Part shown: in pieces, positions 32,369-47,065 of the stretch
Layout of the letters: every line of letters starts with the position of its first letter
Position numbering within the stretch: position 1 is the first letter of the stretch
Assembly (NCBI GenBank): GCA_049968335.1
Contig: JBMFQZ010000008.1
Location: 877-64,876 of the forward strand
DNA length: 64,000 nucleotides
Source: Verrucomicrobiia bacterium
GTDB lineage: Bacteria > Verrucomicrobiota > Verrucomicrobiia > Limisphaerales > JAKPVM01
Direction of reading: 5' to 3'
Translations under genes and position numbers: made by a program
Notes under the pieces: model-generated
The model's input: only the letters and a program-made list of their open reading frames with translations
What the model was told of the DNA's origin: nothing
Databases searched by the model: none

Positions 32369-32776
32369 CTATTTAGTGTTTGCCGCCGCGGCTACCGCCT
32401 TTTTATCTTTTGGCCGTTTTACTCCATACTTGGAGCGGCTTACGCGCCGTTTTTCAACGCCGGCGCAGTCTAGCACGCCGCGAACGATGTGATAGCGAAC
32501 GCCGGGCAAGTCTTTTACACGCCCGCCGCGCACCAGCACTATTGAGTGCTCCTGCAAATTGTGTCCCTCGTCAGGAATATAGGCAATCACTTCATAACCA
32601 TTCGTAAGCCGCACTTTGGCGACTTTACGCATAGCAGAGTTTGGTTTCTTTGGCGTCCTTGTCATTACCTGCAAGCATACGCCACGCCTGTAAGGCGCCC
32701 CCTGCAGCGCAGGCGCCTTTGACTTCCTGCGCAATTTCTCGCGTCCTTTTCGGACAAGTTGATTTATCGTTGGCAT
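32369..32776 (-). CDS. rpsL: 30S ribosomal protein S12
   Basis: [14 protein letters not shown]...[19 protein letters not shown]. Confidence 0.97.
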   Translation of the reverse strand: MPTINQLVRKGREKLRRKSKAPALQGAPYRRGVCLQVMTRTPKKPNSAMRKVAKVRLTNGYEVIAYIPDEGHNLQEHSIVLVRGGRVKDLPGVRYHIVRGVLDCAGVEKRRVSRSKYGVKRPKDKKAVAAAANTK

Positions 32777-32796
32777 CGCTAATTCTTTTCTTTTGT

Positions 32797-32825
32797 CTCC
32801 CTATTGCATCAATGCAATAAGGGAG
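32797..32825 (-). promoter_or_regulatory. 13-bp bulged inverted repeat in the rpsL leader/promoter region
   Basis: CTCCCTATTGCAT-ca-ATGCAATA(A)GGGAG, 21-49 nt upstream of the rpsL start codon. Confidence 0.35.
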
Positions 32826-32943
32826 CGCGGATAATAACATACTTTTAATTCATTGCAAGAAAAATTTTTTAAAAATTTTTCAGAGGTTAACAACCCCCGG
32901 GTCTAATTAATTCTTGCAACCGCCAGCCCGGCTGGAATTATCC

Positions 32944-37101
<4,158 letters not shown>

Positions 37102-37121
37102 CGCTTTAGTTAAAAATGTTG

Positions 37122-40100
37122 TTAAACTGTTGTTATGTTAGCAGGTTTCAGAGGTTCTTCTTCGTTAGAATAACCAATCTTCACATCAAGTCCGAGCGCC
37201 TGCATCTCTTTTACAAGAACGTTGAATGATTCAGGCACCCCGGCGTCAAGGCAGTTATCTCCCTTTACAATGCTCTCGTAAATCCGGGTTCTTCCCTGAA
37301 CATCATCGGATTTGACCGTGAGCAATTCCTGCAGTGAGTATGCAGCCCCGTAAGCCTCCATTGCCCACACTTCCATTTCGCCAAATCGTTGTCCGCCATA
37401 TTGCGCCTTTCCGCCAAGCGGCTGCTGTGTTACAAGCGAATAAGGTCCAACGGCACGGGCGTGAATCTTGTCCGCCACAAGGTGGGCGAGTTTCATCATA
37501 TAAATGTAGCCAACCACGACTTCCTGATCAAACGGCTCGCCGGTGCGACCGTCATAAAGGCGGGTCTTGCCGTGCGGAGGAAGTTTCGCCTCTTCAAGAT
37601 ACTTCCTTATCTCTTCCTCTTTGATCCCATCAAACACAGGCGTGGCGAACTTCATACCGAGCATCTTCGCAGCCCAGCCTAGGTGCGTTTCAAGAACCTG
37701 ACCCACATTCATACGCGACGGCACGCCAAGCGGATTAAGCACAATATCCACAGGCGTTCCATCGGCTAAAAATGGCATATCCTCTTCAGGAACAATCTTC
37801 GCCACAACGCCTTTGTTTCCGTGACGTCCAGCCATCTTATCGCCAACAGACAACTTCCTCTTGGATGCCACGTAAACCTTTACGGATTTTATTACGCCAG
37901 ATTCAATTTCATCCCCAGTCTCAGCCCGTTCTAACTCCTCTTCATATTGCATCTCAATCTCTTCAAACTTGCGCTTGAACCCGGCAATTATCTCGTTTAT
38001 CTTGTTTCTTATCGGCGATGGATCAATCTCAATCTTGTCATAAACAAGTGCAAGCTTTCGCAAAAGAGTCTTAGTGATCTTCCTGTTTGCGGGTATAATA
38101 ATCTCGCCCGTCTCGGAATTCACAACGTCAAGCGGAATTTTTTCGCCCAGCAGAATGTTGCTCAAAGCCTCTGTCAGTTGATCGGCAAGTTCTTCTTTCT
38201 TCTGCTTGTACTCATCCTGAATCTGCTTGCTTCCTCTCTTCTTGTCGCCTTCTTCAATCGGCTTTTCATCCTCTTTCTCTTTCTTAGCCGAGACTTTAAC
38301 ATCCATCACAATCCCATAGGTCCCGGAAGGAACTTTAAGCGAGGTGTCTTTAACATCAGCGGCTTTCTCTCCAAAGATTGCGCGCAACAGCCGCTCTTCA
38401 GGAGCCAGTTCCGTCTCGCTCTTCGGAGTTATTTTGCCGACAAGGATGTCGCCCGGCCGCACTTCGGCGCCAATTCGTATAACACCATCCGGACCGAGGT
38501 TCTTCAAAGCCTCTTCGCCTAAGTTTGGAATGTCGCGGGTGATCTCTTCCGGTCCGAGTTTTGTATCGCGCGCAACAACCTCAAACTCTTCAATGTGAAT
38601 TGATGTGAAGACATCGTCCTTAACAATCCGTTCGCTTATTAAAATCGCGTCCTCAAAGTTGTATCCGTTCCACGGCATAAACGCCACAAGGACGTTGCGT
38701 CCCAGCGCAAGTTCGCCTTCTGACGTACAGGGTCCGTCGGCAATGATCTGACCCTTTTTAATAACATCGCCTTTCTGGACAATCGCCTTTTGATTTATGC
38801 AGGTGCCGTTGTTTGAACGTTGGAACTTCCGCAGGTCATAGATATAAATCCCGCGCTCTGGGTCGTGCTTCAATTTTCTCTTTCCTTCTGGCAGTTTGCC
38901 ATCCGGAGTAATAACTATGTAATTGCCAGTTACAGAAGCGACCTTTCCCCCTTCTTCAGCAACAACAACGGCTCTTGAATCGCGGGCGACGCGCTCTTCC
39001 ATTCCGGTGCCAACAAACGGCGACTCCGTAACAAGCAACGGCACAGCCTGCCGTTGCATATTTGATCCCATCAATGCGCGGTTGGCGTCGTCATGCTCAA
39101 GGAACGGAACTAAACTCGCCGCAACCGAAACAACCTGCTTCGGCGACACATCCATATAGTGTACCTTTTCAGGTTCAGTCGAAATGAAGTCGCCCCGATA
39201 TCGGCAGAGAATGGTATCGTTTTTGAAATTGCCTTTTTCATCAATCGGTTCGTTCGCCTGAGCTATTATATAATGCTCTTCGCGGTCTGCCGTTAAATAC
39301 TCAACCTTTGAAGTAACCCTGCCATTTTCAACCTTCCTGTATGGCGCCTCAATGAATCCAAACTCATTAATTCGCGCAAATGTGGCAAGGGACGATATAA
39401 GTCCAATGTTAGGACCTTCAGGCGTTTCAATCGGGCAAATCCTGCCGTAGTGCGACGGATGAACGTCGCGAACTTCAAATCCTGCCCTGTCGCGAGAAAG
39501 ACCGCCAGGACCAAGGGCGGACAACCTTCTCTTATGGGTAATCTCAGCCAGCGGATTTATCTGGTCCATAAACTGGGACAGCTGGCTTCGCCCGAAGAAA
39601 TCGCGGATTACCGCTGAAAGCGCCTTTGGATTCACAAGCTTCTGCGGCGTCATCTGCTCTATAGACTGGTCAAACAACGTCATCCGTTCTTTGACAAGTC
39701 GTTCCGTGCGCGCAAGCCCTACACGGCATTGATTGGCAAGCAACTCGCCAACCGTGCGAACGCGCCTGTTGCCCAAATGGTCTATGTCGTCAACCACACC
39801 CTCCTGACGGTGCAGTTTAATAAGGTGCTTGGTTGCAGCTATTATATCTTCTTTACGGAGAATTCTAACGTCGTTGCTATCGGTAAAACCAAGTTTCTGG
39901 TTAATCTTGTACCTGCCAACCCTTGTCAAATCATAACGTTTTGAATCAAAGAAAAGCCGTTTTATCAAAGCCCGCGCGTTAGCCGGTGTAACCGGGTCGC
40001 CCGGACGCAGCCGCCTGTAAATATCTTTTAATGCCTCCTCTTCATTGCGAGTCGGGTCTTTCTTTATACACTTGATTATAAGACCATCATCCTCGCTAAT

Positions 40101-40958
40101 ATCCACCACGCGAATCTTTTTAATACCGTGATCGGCAATCTGGCGAACTATTCCCCGCGATAGCGGTTCAAACGCCCTCGCCACAACGGTTTCTCCGCCT
40201 TCATCAACAATATCATTAACGAGCACTTTGTTCTCAATATCCGGCATCTTTTCTGCCTTCTGAACCGGAATCTCTTCTATATTGTAGAAGAGTTTGATCA
40301 GGTCTTCATCAGTGCCGTTGTTCGGATTCTTCTCGTCAAGCGATGCAATTGCCCTGAAAAATGTGGTTATCAGAAATTTTCTGCGACGTTTCTTCCTGTC
40401 AATATAGACATAGAGCAGGTCGTTGGTGTCAAATTGTGCTTCAAACCAGGAACCGCGATCTGGAATTATTCTGAATGAATGCAGAATTTTGCCGCTTGGA
40501 TGTTCTTCGGATTCAAATGAAAGCCCGGGCGAACGGTGCAACTGGCTTACCACGACCCGTTCGGCGCCGTTTATAATAAATGAACCCTGCGGCGTCATAA
40601 GCGGCAACTCGCCCATAAACACCTTTTCTTCTTTGGTGCCGCTTTCATCTGTCAGCCTGAATGTTACGTGAAGCGGAGCCGCGTAAGTTAAACCTTCGCG
40701 GATGCATTCAGTCCAACTCATCTTAGGCTCGCCAACCTCGTAGCTTACATAATCAAGAACGATCTTTCCGTCATAACTCTCTATCGGAAAAACCTCCTTG
40801 AATACCGCTTCAAGTCCGACGTATTTCCGCTTTGAAGCTGGAATATCGGTTTGCAGAAACTCTTTGAAGGAGTTTAACTGCACTTCAATCAGGTTTGGCG
40901 GACTGATAATCTCTTTTATCCGTCCGAAATATTTGCGTTCGCTACTTTTTACTGGCAT
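37122..40958 (-). CDS. rpoB: DNA-directed RNA polymerase subunit beta
   Basis: Rif-cluster region [29 protein letters not shown]; 1278 aa; synteny with rpoC. Confidence 0.98.
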   Translation of the reverse strand: MPVKSSERKYFGRIKEIISPPNLIEVQLNSFKEFLQTDIPASKRKYVGLEAVFKEVFPIESYDGKIVLDYVSYEVGEPKMSWTECIREGLTYAAPLHVTFRLTDESGTKEEKVFMGELPLMTPQGSFIINGAERVVVSQLHRSPGLSFESEEHPSGKILHSFRIIPDRGSWFEAQFDTNDLLYVYIDRKKRRRKFLITTFFRAIASLDEKNPNNGTDEDLIKLFYNIEEIPVQKAEKMPDIENKVLVNDIVDEGGETVVARAFEPLSRGIVRQIADHGIKKIRVVDISEDDGLIIKCIKKDPTRNEEEALKDIYRRLRPGDPVTPANARALIKRLFFDSKRYDLTRVGRYKINQKLGFTDSNDVRILRKEDIIAATKHLIKLHRQEGVVDDIDHLGNRRVRTVGELLANQCRVGLARTERLVKERMTLFDQSIEQMTPQKLVNPKALSAVIRDFFGRSQLSQFMDQINPLAEITHKRRLSALGPGGLSRDRAGFEVRDVHPSHYGRICPIETPEGPNIGLISSLATFARINEFGFIEAPYRKVENGRVTSKVEYLTADREEHYIIAQANEPIDEKGNFKNDTILCRYRGDFISTEPEKVHYMDVSPKQVVSVAASLVPFLEHDDANRALMGSNMQRQAVPLLVTESPFVGTGMEERVARDSRAVVVAEEGGKVASVTGNYIVITPDGKLPEGKRKLKHDPERGIYIYDLRKFQRSNNGTCINQKAIVQKGDVIKKGQIIADGPCTSEGELALGRNVLVAFMPWNGYNFEDAILISERIVKDDVFTSIHIEEFEVVARDTKLGPEEITRDIPNLGEEALKNLGPDGVIRIGAEVRPGDILVGKITPKSETELAPEERLLRAIFGEKAADVKDTSLKVPSGTYGIVMDVKVSAKKEKEDEKPIEEGDKKRGSKQIQDEYKQKKEELADQLTEALSNILLGEKIPLDVVNSETGEIIIPANRKITKTLLRKLALVYDKIEIDPSPIRNKINEIIAGFKRKFEEIEMQYEEELERAETGDEIESGVIKSVKVYVASKRKLSVGDKMAGRHGNKGVVAKIVPEEDMPFLADGTPVDIVLNPLGVPSRMNVGQVLETHLGWAAKMLGMKFATPVFDGIKEEEIRKYLEEAKLPPHGKTRLYDGRTGEPFDQEVVVGYIYMMKLAHLVADKIHARAVGPYSLVTQQPLGGKAQYGGQRFGEMEVWAMEAYGAAYSLQELLTVKSDDVQGRTRIYESIVKGDNCLDAGVPESFNVLVKEMQALGLDVKIGYSNEEEPLKPANITTV

Positions 40959-41130
40959 TTTTCAAACTCAGGCTGATTGTTAATTTTATTTAATTTACGC
41001 CTGCAAATTAAATAAAACATTACCATTCCGCGTTGCTAATCCAGAAACGCGGAGACGCCCGCTAAAATCTAATTGTGTTCAATGATCCGCCACTCTGCCA
41101 CCCGGCAGCGACGGGATAAAAAGGATAATT

Positions 41131-41167
41131 CGGGGCGACGTGAATCATTCTTATCGCTGTCGCCCCG
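41131..41167 (-). terminator. Attenuator-type hairpin between rplL and rpoB
   Basis: 9-bp stem, CGGGGCGAC (41131-41139) and GTCGCCCCG (41159-41167), about 25 nt after the rplL stop. On the minus strand it is followed by AATTATCCTTTTT. Confidence 0.5.
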
Positions 41168-41192
41168 ATTAAATATAATCGGATGCGTACGA

Positions 41193-41591
41193 TTACTTAA
41201 GTTCCACTTTTGCTCCGGCATCCTCAAGCTTCTTCTTAGCAGCCTCGGCATCCGCTTTAGGTGCGCCTTCAAGAATCGGCTTCGGCGCCCCTTCAACAAG
41301 AGCCTTGGCTTCTGCAAGTCCAAGACCGGCTTTGATCTCGCGGACTACCTTAATTACGGCAATCTTCTTATCCGCCGGCACTTGGGCAAGAATCACATCA
41401 AATGTGGTTTTTGCTTCGGCGGCAGGCGCGGCAGCCGCTCCACCCGGAGCAGCCCCGGCTACAGCGGCAACTGCAACAGGTGCAGCCGCAGTAACGCCCC
41501 ACTTTGCTTCCAGTTCTTTTACAAGTTCAGCAATCTCCAACACTGTCGCATTGCTGAGTTCTTCAATGATTTTCGCTTTATCCAGTGCCAT
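41193..41591 (-). CDS. rplL: 50S ribosomal protein L7/L12
   Basis: [26 protein letters not shown], an Ala-rich hinge, and the C-terminal domain ...[16 protein letters not shown]. Confidence 0.97.
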   Translation of the reverse strand: MALDKAKIIEELSNATVLEIAELVKELEAKWGVTAAAPVAVAAVAGAAPGGAAAAPAAEAKTTFDVILAQVPADKKIAVIKVVREIKAGLGLAEAKALVEGAPKPILEGAPKADAEAAKKKLEDAGAKVELK

Positions 41592-41736
41592 ATTTCCTCT
41601 CAGTCTCGTCGTCGCCAGATATCTTCCAGCGGTTTAAGTTCACATTGAACCGACGATTTACTTTTTATGATTTATTTATCTGTCTGTTATTCCAAACCGC
41701 CGAACAGCGACGGCTGGAAATCCGTTTTAAAATCTT

Positions 41737-42261
41737 TTACGCAGACTTTTCCGACCCCTTTTCCGATTTCGCCTGCAATACTCTGACAAATCGCGAGGCT
41801 GGTTCGTTCAACAGCGAGACCAGTTTACCCATAGGCGCCTTGAGAACGCCCAATAGTTGCGCCCGCAGCACTTCAATAGACGGCAGGTCTGCAAGCGCCA
41901 TCAACGCATCGGCCTCTAACCGCTCGTTGTTCAAATAACCGAATTTAATCTTCGGCCGCTCAAATTCCGCAGCAAATGTCTTTATCACTTTTGCCGCCGC
42001 TGATATATCTTTTTTCCCGGTAACGACCGCAATCTGCCCGGCAAGTGAAGCGCCAATATCGCCAGCACCAGCCTCTTTGACCGCTATGCGAAAGAGGGCG
42101 TTCTTGACGATGTGCATCTCGGCTTCAACCTTTGCCAATCGCTTGCGCAACTCCGTAAGCGGCGCTACTTTCATCCCGCTATAATCAACAACGATAAAGT
42201 AAGGCGACTTATTGAGCCTCTCAAAATATTCTTTTACAACGTATTGTTTTTCCGGACGCAT
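41737..42261 (-). CDS. rplJ: 50S ribosomal protein L10
   Basis: Position between rplA and rplL; L10-like sequence (VVDYSGMKVAPLTELRKRL...). Confidence 0.94.
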   Translation of the reverse strand: MRPEKQYVVKEYFERLNKSPYFIVVDYSGMKVAPLTELRKRLAKVEAEMHIVKNALFRIAVKEAGAGDIGASLAGQIAVVTGKKDISAAAKVIKTFAAEFERPKIKFGYLNNERLEADALMALADLPSIEVLRAQLLGVLKAPMGKLVSLLNEPASRFVRVLQAKSEKGSEKSA

Positions 42262-42287
42262 TTTAAATCTCCAATTTTGTTAATTTG

Positions 42288-42986
42288 TTATGCAGTTAAT
42301 ATGTCTTTGTGATCAAGTTTAACCGAAGGACTCATCGTCGCGCTGATGGCAACGTTATGAATGTATTTTCCTTTTAACGAAGATGGACGCGCCTTCACGA
42401 TCGCTTCAATCGCTACACGGGCGTTTTCTTCAATCTGCTCTTTAGTAAATGAAATCTTACCAATCGGAACCTGGAGATTGCCAGCCTTGTCCACTTTAAA
42501 TTCAACCCTTCCTGCTTTAAATTCCTTTACCGCTTTTGCGGTATCTTCAGTAACAGTGCCAGTCTTTGGATTTGGCATCAAACCTTTTGGACCTAACACC
42601 TTACCGAGTTTTCTCACCTCACCCATCGCATCCGGCGTGGCTATTGCAATATCAAAATCCGCCCAGCCTTCGTTGCACTTCTTTATTAAATCTTCAAAAC
42701 CGACGAAGTCAGCGCCTGCGGATTTTGCTGCCTCTGCGGCTGAAGGGTTCTTCGTGAACACGAGCACGCGAACCTGTTTGCCCGTGCCGTGTGGTAGCGA
42801 AACAGTGCCGCGAACCATCTGGTCGGATTGTTTCGGATCAACACCAAGACGGAATGCAATTTCAACGGTCTCGTTGAACTTTGCCCTCGGCATCTTGGTC
42901 AATAGTTCAATTGCGGACTTCAAAGGATAGACCTTTGTCTTGTCCACAAGTTCCAGCGCTTTTCTGTATCTTTTGCTTCTTTTCAT
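42288..42986 (-). CDS. rplA: 50S ribosomal protein L1
   Basis: [20 protein letters not shown]...[11 protein letters not shown]. Confidence 0.97.
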   Translation of the reverse strand: MKRSKRYRKALELVDKTKVYPLKSAIELLTKMPRAKFNETVEIAFRLGVDPKQSDQMVRGTVSLPHGTGKQVRVLVFTKNPSAAEAAKSAGADFVGFEDLIKKCNEGWADFDIAIATPDAMGEVRKLGKVLGPKGLMPNPKTGTVTEDTAKAVKEFKAGRVEFKVDKAGNLQVPIGKISFTKEQIEENARVAIEAIVKARPSSLKGKYIHNVAISATMSPSVKLDHKDILTA

Positions 42987-43046
42987 ATTATTTGCGGTTC
43001 AAACGAGCCCTGCTCTCCCGCTGTTTGATTTTAATAGTTTCATCTG

Positions 43047-43472
43047 TTAGCCGACGACTTCAATCCCCATACTGCGGGCTGTGCCGGCGATTATCTTAAA
43101 CGCCGCTTCATCGCTATTGGCGTTTAAATCCTTTTTCTTGATCTTGACAATCTCCATAATCTGCTGCCGGGTCACCTTGCCGACCTTGTCTTTGTTAGGC
43201 CTGCCAGAACCGGTAGCAATCCCTGCCGCCTTCTTGAGCAACACCGACGCAGGGGGCGATTTCGTGATAAATTTGAACGATTTATCCTGGAAAACCGTTA
43301 TCACCACAGGTATTATCATGCCTGGCTGGTCTTTTGTGGCGGCGTTAAACTCTTTGCAAAACGCCATAATGTTAACGCCTTGCTGACCAAGCGCCGGACC
43401 TACTGGAGGCGACGGATTAGCCTGACCGCCGGGTATTTGCAACTTTATTATCGCTACAACTTTTTTTGCCAT
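43047..43472 (-). CDS. rplK: 50S ribosomal protein L11
   Basis: [35 protein letters not shown]. Confidence 0.97.
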   Translation of the reverse strand: MAKKVVAIIKLQIPGGQANPSPPVGPALGQQGVNIMAFCKEFNAATKDQPGMIIPVVITVFQDKSFKFITKSPPASVLLKKAAGIATGSGRPNKDKVGKVTRQQIMEIVKIKKKDLNANSDEAAFKIIAGTARSMGIEVVG

Positions 43473-43550
43473 AATTAAAAATCCTTCGTATCAGTTTATT
43501 CCAATTCCGTTTTTAAAAACGAATTAAGAAATTATAATATAAATCAAATG

Positions 43551-44099
43551 TCAAGCTTTTTCAACTTGCCAGTATTCAAGTTCAACCGGAGTGCTGCGAC
43601 CAAAGATATTAACCGTAACCTTGAGTTTCCCTCTTTCGTGGTCAACTTCCTCAATCACCCCGCTGAAATTCAAGAACGGACCGTCATTGATCTTAACCGT
43701 CTCGCCCACATAATGTTCAACTTTCGGTTTTTCACTCTCTTCAGCCTCTGTAATGCGGGCTTTTATCTCTTCAATGTCCGACTCCGGGACAGGGACTGGA
43801 CGGTCGCCGCCAATAAAACCTATAACTCCAGGGGTCTCCCGAATAAAATACCAGGGCTTTTCAAGCAGCCGGTTTTCATCATCAAGCAATATCATATTAA
43901 TATAAACATAGCCAGGATGAAGTTTGCGCCGTGTAGTCTTCTTTTTCCCCCCGCGCACTTCAACAACCTTTTCCTCCGGAACAAGCACCTCAAGGATGTA
44001 GTCGTTCATCTCCTCGGCTTTCATCCTTTTTTCAATGCTCTTCTTGACGTTCAATTCCTGTCCGGAGAGCGTATGCAGAACAAACCATTTAGGTTTCAT
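43551..44099 (-). CDS. nusG: Transcription termination/antitermination factor NusG
   Basis: NGN domain WFVLHTLSGQELNVKKSIE; KOW GETVKINDGPFLNFSGVIEEVD. Confidence 0.96.
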   Translation of the reverse strand: MKPKWFVLHTLSGQELNVKKSIEKRMKAEEMNDYILEVLVPEEKVVEVRGGKKKTTRRKLHPGYVYINMILLDDENRLLEKPWYFIRETPGVIGFIGGDRPVPVPESDIEEIKARITEAEESEKPKVEHYVGETVKINDGPFLNFSGVIEEVDHERGKLKVTVNIFGRSTPVELEYWQVEKA

Positions 44100-44108
44100 T
44101 TTTTAGCC

Positions 44109-44369
44109 TTACCCGGCTGCAGTCAGCCAGTTTATCAACAAAACAAGAAAAAAGTCAACCCCAACAATAAAAGCCCCAAGCACTGCTGTAACAAACAAGA
44201 CCACCGCGGTAGAACCTTTCAATTCTTCTGTGCTTGGCCAGGTGCATTTGCGAAGTTCCTCGCGGGTTTCTTGTATAAAGGTGTTCAGGCGCAATAGATA
44301 GCCTTTTCGCCATAAATAGGCAAATATTACAGCTACTATCGCAGTTAATATTAGTGTTTTAGTATCCAT
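44109..44369 (-). CDS. secE: Preprotein translocase subunit SecE
   Basis: FIQETREELRKCTWPSTEEL followed by a TM helix; immediately upstream of nusG. Confidence 0.85.
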   Translation of the reverse strand: MDTKTLILTAIVAVIFAYLWRKGYLLRLNTFIQETREELRKCTWPSTEELKGSTAVVLFVTAVLGAFIVGVDFFLVLLINWLTAAG

Positions 44370-44388
44370 CGTAGTTAGTCAAACAAGA

Positions 44389-44478
44389 TGGCGGAGAGGG
44401 AGGGATTCGAACCCCCGTCACGCGCAAGCGTGAAGCGGTTTTCAAGACCGCCGCAATCGACCACTCTGCCACCTCTCC
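44389..44478 (-). tRNA. tRNA-Ser (anticodon UGA), type II with a long variable arm
   Basis: Hand-folded reverse complement: GGAGAGG-TG-GCA..TGC-G-GCGGT-CTTGAAA-ACCGC-(variable arm CACGC/GCGTG)-GGGGG-TTCGAAT-CCCTC-CCTCTCC-G-CCA. 90 nt, with an encoded CCA. Confidence 0.9.
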
Positions 44479-44490
44479 TCTGAATTCCAC

Positions 44491-44566
44491 TGGCAGGGTG
44501 GGAGGGACTCGAACCCCCAACAGGCGGTTTTGGAGACCGCTACTCTACCAATTGAGCTACCACCCT
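44491..44566 (-). tRNA. tRNA-Trp (anticodon CCA)
   Basis: Reverse complement: AGGGTGG-TA-GCTC..GAGT-A-GCGGT-CTCCAAA-ACCGC-CTGTT-GGGGG-TTCGAGT-CCCTC-CCACCCT-G-CCA. 76 nt. Confidence 0.92.
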
Positions 44567-44639
44567 ACCATAATGCTTGTTTCTTTAATTTAACACGCCG
44601 GCTGGCTTTGTTTGTTCAACCGGCGCGCTAAACTCTTTG

Positions 44640-45830
44640 TTATTCAATTATCTCGGTAACGCGACCGGCGCCAATTGTGCGTCCACCTTCGCGGATAGCA
44701 AAGCGCTGTCCACGTTCCATAGCGATCGGGGCGATAACCTTGACTTCAAGGGAAACATTGTCGCCAGGCATCACCATCTCAACGCCATCGGGAAGCTTAA
44801 TCGTCCCGGTAACGTCAGTGGTTCTAAAATAGAATTGTGGACGGTAATTGCTGAAGAACGGAGTATGACGACCACCCTCTTCCTTTGACAGCACATAGAC
44901 TTCTGATTTGAAGTGGGTATGCGGGGTGATTGTTCCCGGCTTGGCAAGAACCATTCCGCGCTCGACCTCTTCCTTTTTAATACCGCGCAAAAGGACGCCA
45001 ACGTTGTCCCCAGCCTTGGCAGAATCAAGGAGTTTGCGGAACATTTCAATGTCAGTTGCGACAGTCTTGCGGGTTTCACGCAGACCGACGATCTCAACTT
45101 CTTCCATCCTCTTTAATTCGCCACGCTCCACACGACCAGTAACCACAGTGCCACGACCTTCAATGTTGAACACGTCCTCAATGCTCATCAAGAACGGCTT
45201 GTCAATTTCGCGCACCGGTTCAGGAACAAACTCGTCAATGGCGTCAAGCAACTTCTGAATTGCTTCTTCAGCCTTCGGGTCCCCTGCCATAGCAAGTTTG
45301 GCGCTGCCGCGAATAATCGGGGTCTTGTCGCCAGGGAACTGATACTTGTTAAGAAGGTCGCGAATCTCCATCTCAACAAGTTCAAGCAACTCAGGGTCGT
45401 CAACAAGGTCAACCTTGTTCAAAAAGACAACAATCGCCGGCACGCCTACCTGGCGCGCAAGCAAGATGTGTTCGCGCGTCTGCGGCATCGGACCTTCAGC
45501 AGCGTCAACCACCAGAATAGCGCCGTCCATCTGCGCCGCGCCGGTGATCATATTCTTGATGTAGTCAGCATGCCCGGGACAGTCAATATGCGCATAGTGC
45601 CGCTTATTGCTTTCGTATTCAACGTGCGAAACGGCGATAGTGACCGTCTTTGTCTCGTCACGTACAGTACCGCCTTTTGTAATATCCGCGTACGATACCT
45701 TCTTAGCTAAGCCCTTCTTGGCTTGAACTTCAAGGATCGCGGCAGTTAAGGTTGATTTCCCGTGGTCAATGTGACCAATCGTGCCGACGTTGACGTGCGG
45801 TTTCGTCCGCTGGAATTGCTCTTTAGCCAT
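44640..45830 (-). CDS. tuf: Translation elongation factor Tu
   Basis: [30 protein letters not shown]. 396 aa. The switch-I region is non-canonical (see findings). Confidence 0.97.
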   Translation of the reverse strand: MAKEQFQRTKPHVNVGTIGHIDHGKSTLTAAILEVQAKKGLAKKVSYADITKGGTVRDETKTVTIAVSHVEYESNKRHYAHIDCPGHADYIKNMITGAAQMDGAILVVDAAEGPMPQTREHILLARQVGVPAIVVFLNKVDLVDDPELLELVEMEIRDLLNKYQFPGDKTPIIRGSAKLAMAGDPKAEEAIQKLLDAIDEFVPEPVREIDKPFLMSIEDVFNIEGRGTVVTGRVERGELKRMEEVEIVGLRETRKTVATDIEMFRKLLDSAKAGDNVGVLLRGIKKEEVERGMVLAKPGTITPHTHFKSEVYVLSKEEGGRHTPFFSNYRPQFYFRTTDVTGTIKLPDGVEMVMPGDNVSLEVKVIAPIAMERGQRFAIREGGRTIGAGRVTEIIE

Positions 45831-45879
45831 TTTTACTCCTGATACGTTTTAGTTTTTTTGGTTTTTACACAACTTTTTA

Positions 45880-45955
<76 letters not shown>

Positions 45956-46252
45956 GCCAAAAATCACCCATATATTTTAAAAGATACAGACTACCTTCCC
46001 TGTGTCTATATTTTTTATAAAACACAGGGTCTTTACTATTTCAATTCAACAAATGGCAAAATTTATGCCAAAAAAAATATTTGTCAATACCTTTTTATAT
46101 TTTTTATTTAACCAACTATATCCAAAAAAGCGCAAATTGCAATATCAATTTTGAAGAATTTAGTTTTTAATGTTGTTTCCCCAAAAATTCTAAATCAGCA
46201 TATCCAAAATTTTTCAATAGTTAAACATAATTGAAGGAATAACCCCCGCCTT

Positions 46253-46927
46253 TTACCGCCTCCTTGTCCGAACCATACTATACATCGGATGAATAAATTC
46301 AAATTCGTCAATCCGGTATTCAAGCGGCGGATAAACCGGATTAAAACTGGTCAATCTTACAATCTCTCCTTTCGCGCCTGTCCTGTGAAAAAGTTTAAAA
46401 AACACATCCCCGGTTTTAATTAATCTTGCCACCACTACATCGCCGTTGCGCGGTTCCACATTTGGCATAAATATTACCCTGTCGCCAGGCTTAAATTCCG
46501 GCATCATTGAATCGCCTTCTATAATCAGCGCGTAAGCCTGCGAGTCCTGGCAATCCGTATCAATCCACTCGTCTATCTGCGCCGCAAGATTTGCAAAATC
46601 ACCCCCTAGCCCAGCCTTTGCCCAGCTTACCACTGGAACGCGTTTGGGAAACATCGATTTTACCGGAACAGGTTCGCTCGCGTTCGGCTTTGCAATTTCA
46701 GCCCCTAAAAAAACGCTGATTGGAATCCCAGTTATTTCGCTTAATTTTCGTAAGGCGCTCTGACGCGGAAAGGTTTTACCCATCTCCCAGAATTGAACAG
46801 CCCGCAACGAAACAGCTGTTTTTCCAGCCAGTTCAGATTGTGTTAGCCCGAGTTTTTTCCTCGCTTCACACACAAGGCGAGAAAAATATTTTAGGTTCAC
46901 CTCATTTTTTTTCTTGATATTACTCAT
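46253..46927 (-). CDS. XRE-type HTH + S24 (LexA/CI-like) self-cleaving repressor
   Basis: N-terminal HTH LGLTQSELAGKTAVSLRAVQFWEMGK. C-terminal S24 peptidase with the catalytic Ser context IIEGDSMMPEFKPGDRVIF and Lys context VFFKLF. Confidence 0.8.
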   Translation of the reverse strand: MSNIKKKNEVNLKYFSRLVCEARKKLGLTQSELAGKTAVSLRAVQFWEMGKTFPRQSALRKLSEITGIPISVFLGAEIAKPNASEPVPVKSMFPKRVPVVSWAKAGLGGDFANLAAQIDEWIDTDCQDSQAYALIIEGDSMMPEFKPGDRVIFMPNVEPRNGDVVVARLIKTGDVFFKLFHRTGAKGEIVRLTSFNPVYPPLEYRIDEFEFIHPMYSMVRTRRR

Positions 46928-46990
46928 ATATTTCGTATATATTTCATATATATTATGTATATTATGATTGTTATATGTAATATGTCAACA
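46925..46990. repeat. A/T-dominated repetitive tract in the divergent promoter region (candidate operators)
   Basis: cATATATTTCgTATATATTTCATATATATTATGTATATTATGATTGTTATATGTAATATGT. It contains tandem (T)ATATATTTC units, the palindrome TATATAT-TTC-ATATATA, and repeated TATGTA/ATATGT words. Confidence 0.5.
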
Positions 46991-47065
46991 AAAATTTGCG
47001 TCGGTTAATTGTTTTCCGACGCCCTGCAACATCAAACTCCGGTCTTATCAAGGAGGCTAAAGAGT

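Noticed and set aside
43548-44297. A 249-aa plus-strand ORF, with similar long ORFs at 28872-29558 (228 aa), 41073-41648 (191 aa), 42361-42930 (189 aa), 37947-38522 (191 aa), 20020-20520 and 19122-19622.
   Set aside because: All lie antisense to, or out of frame with, unmistakable conserved genes (nusG/secE, rplC/rpsJ, rplL, rplA, rpoB, secY). Their translations are low-complexity or Arg/Ser/Leu-rich, as expected for shadow ORFs, and none shows a recognisable motif.
44389-44478. The long-variable-arm tRNA might be tRNA-Sec.
   Set aside because: The anticodon loop reads C-U-UGA-A-A. UGA reads the serine codon UCA, while tRNA-Sec needs UCA. The acceptor and T-arm geometry is the normal 7/5, not 8/5 or 9/4.
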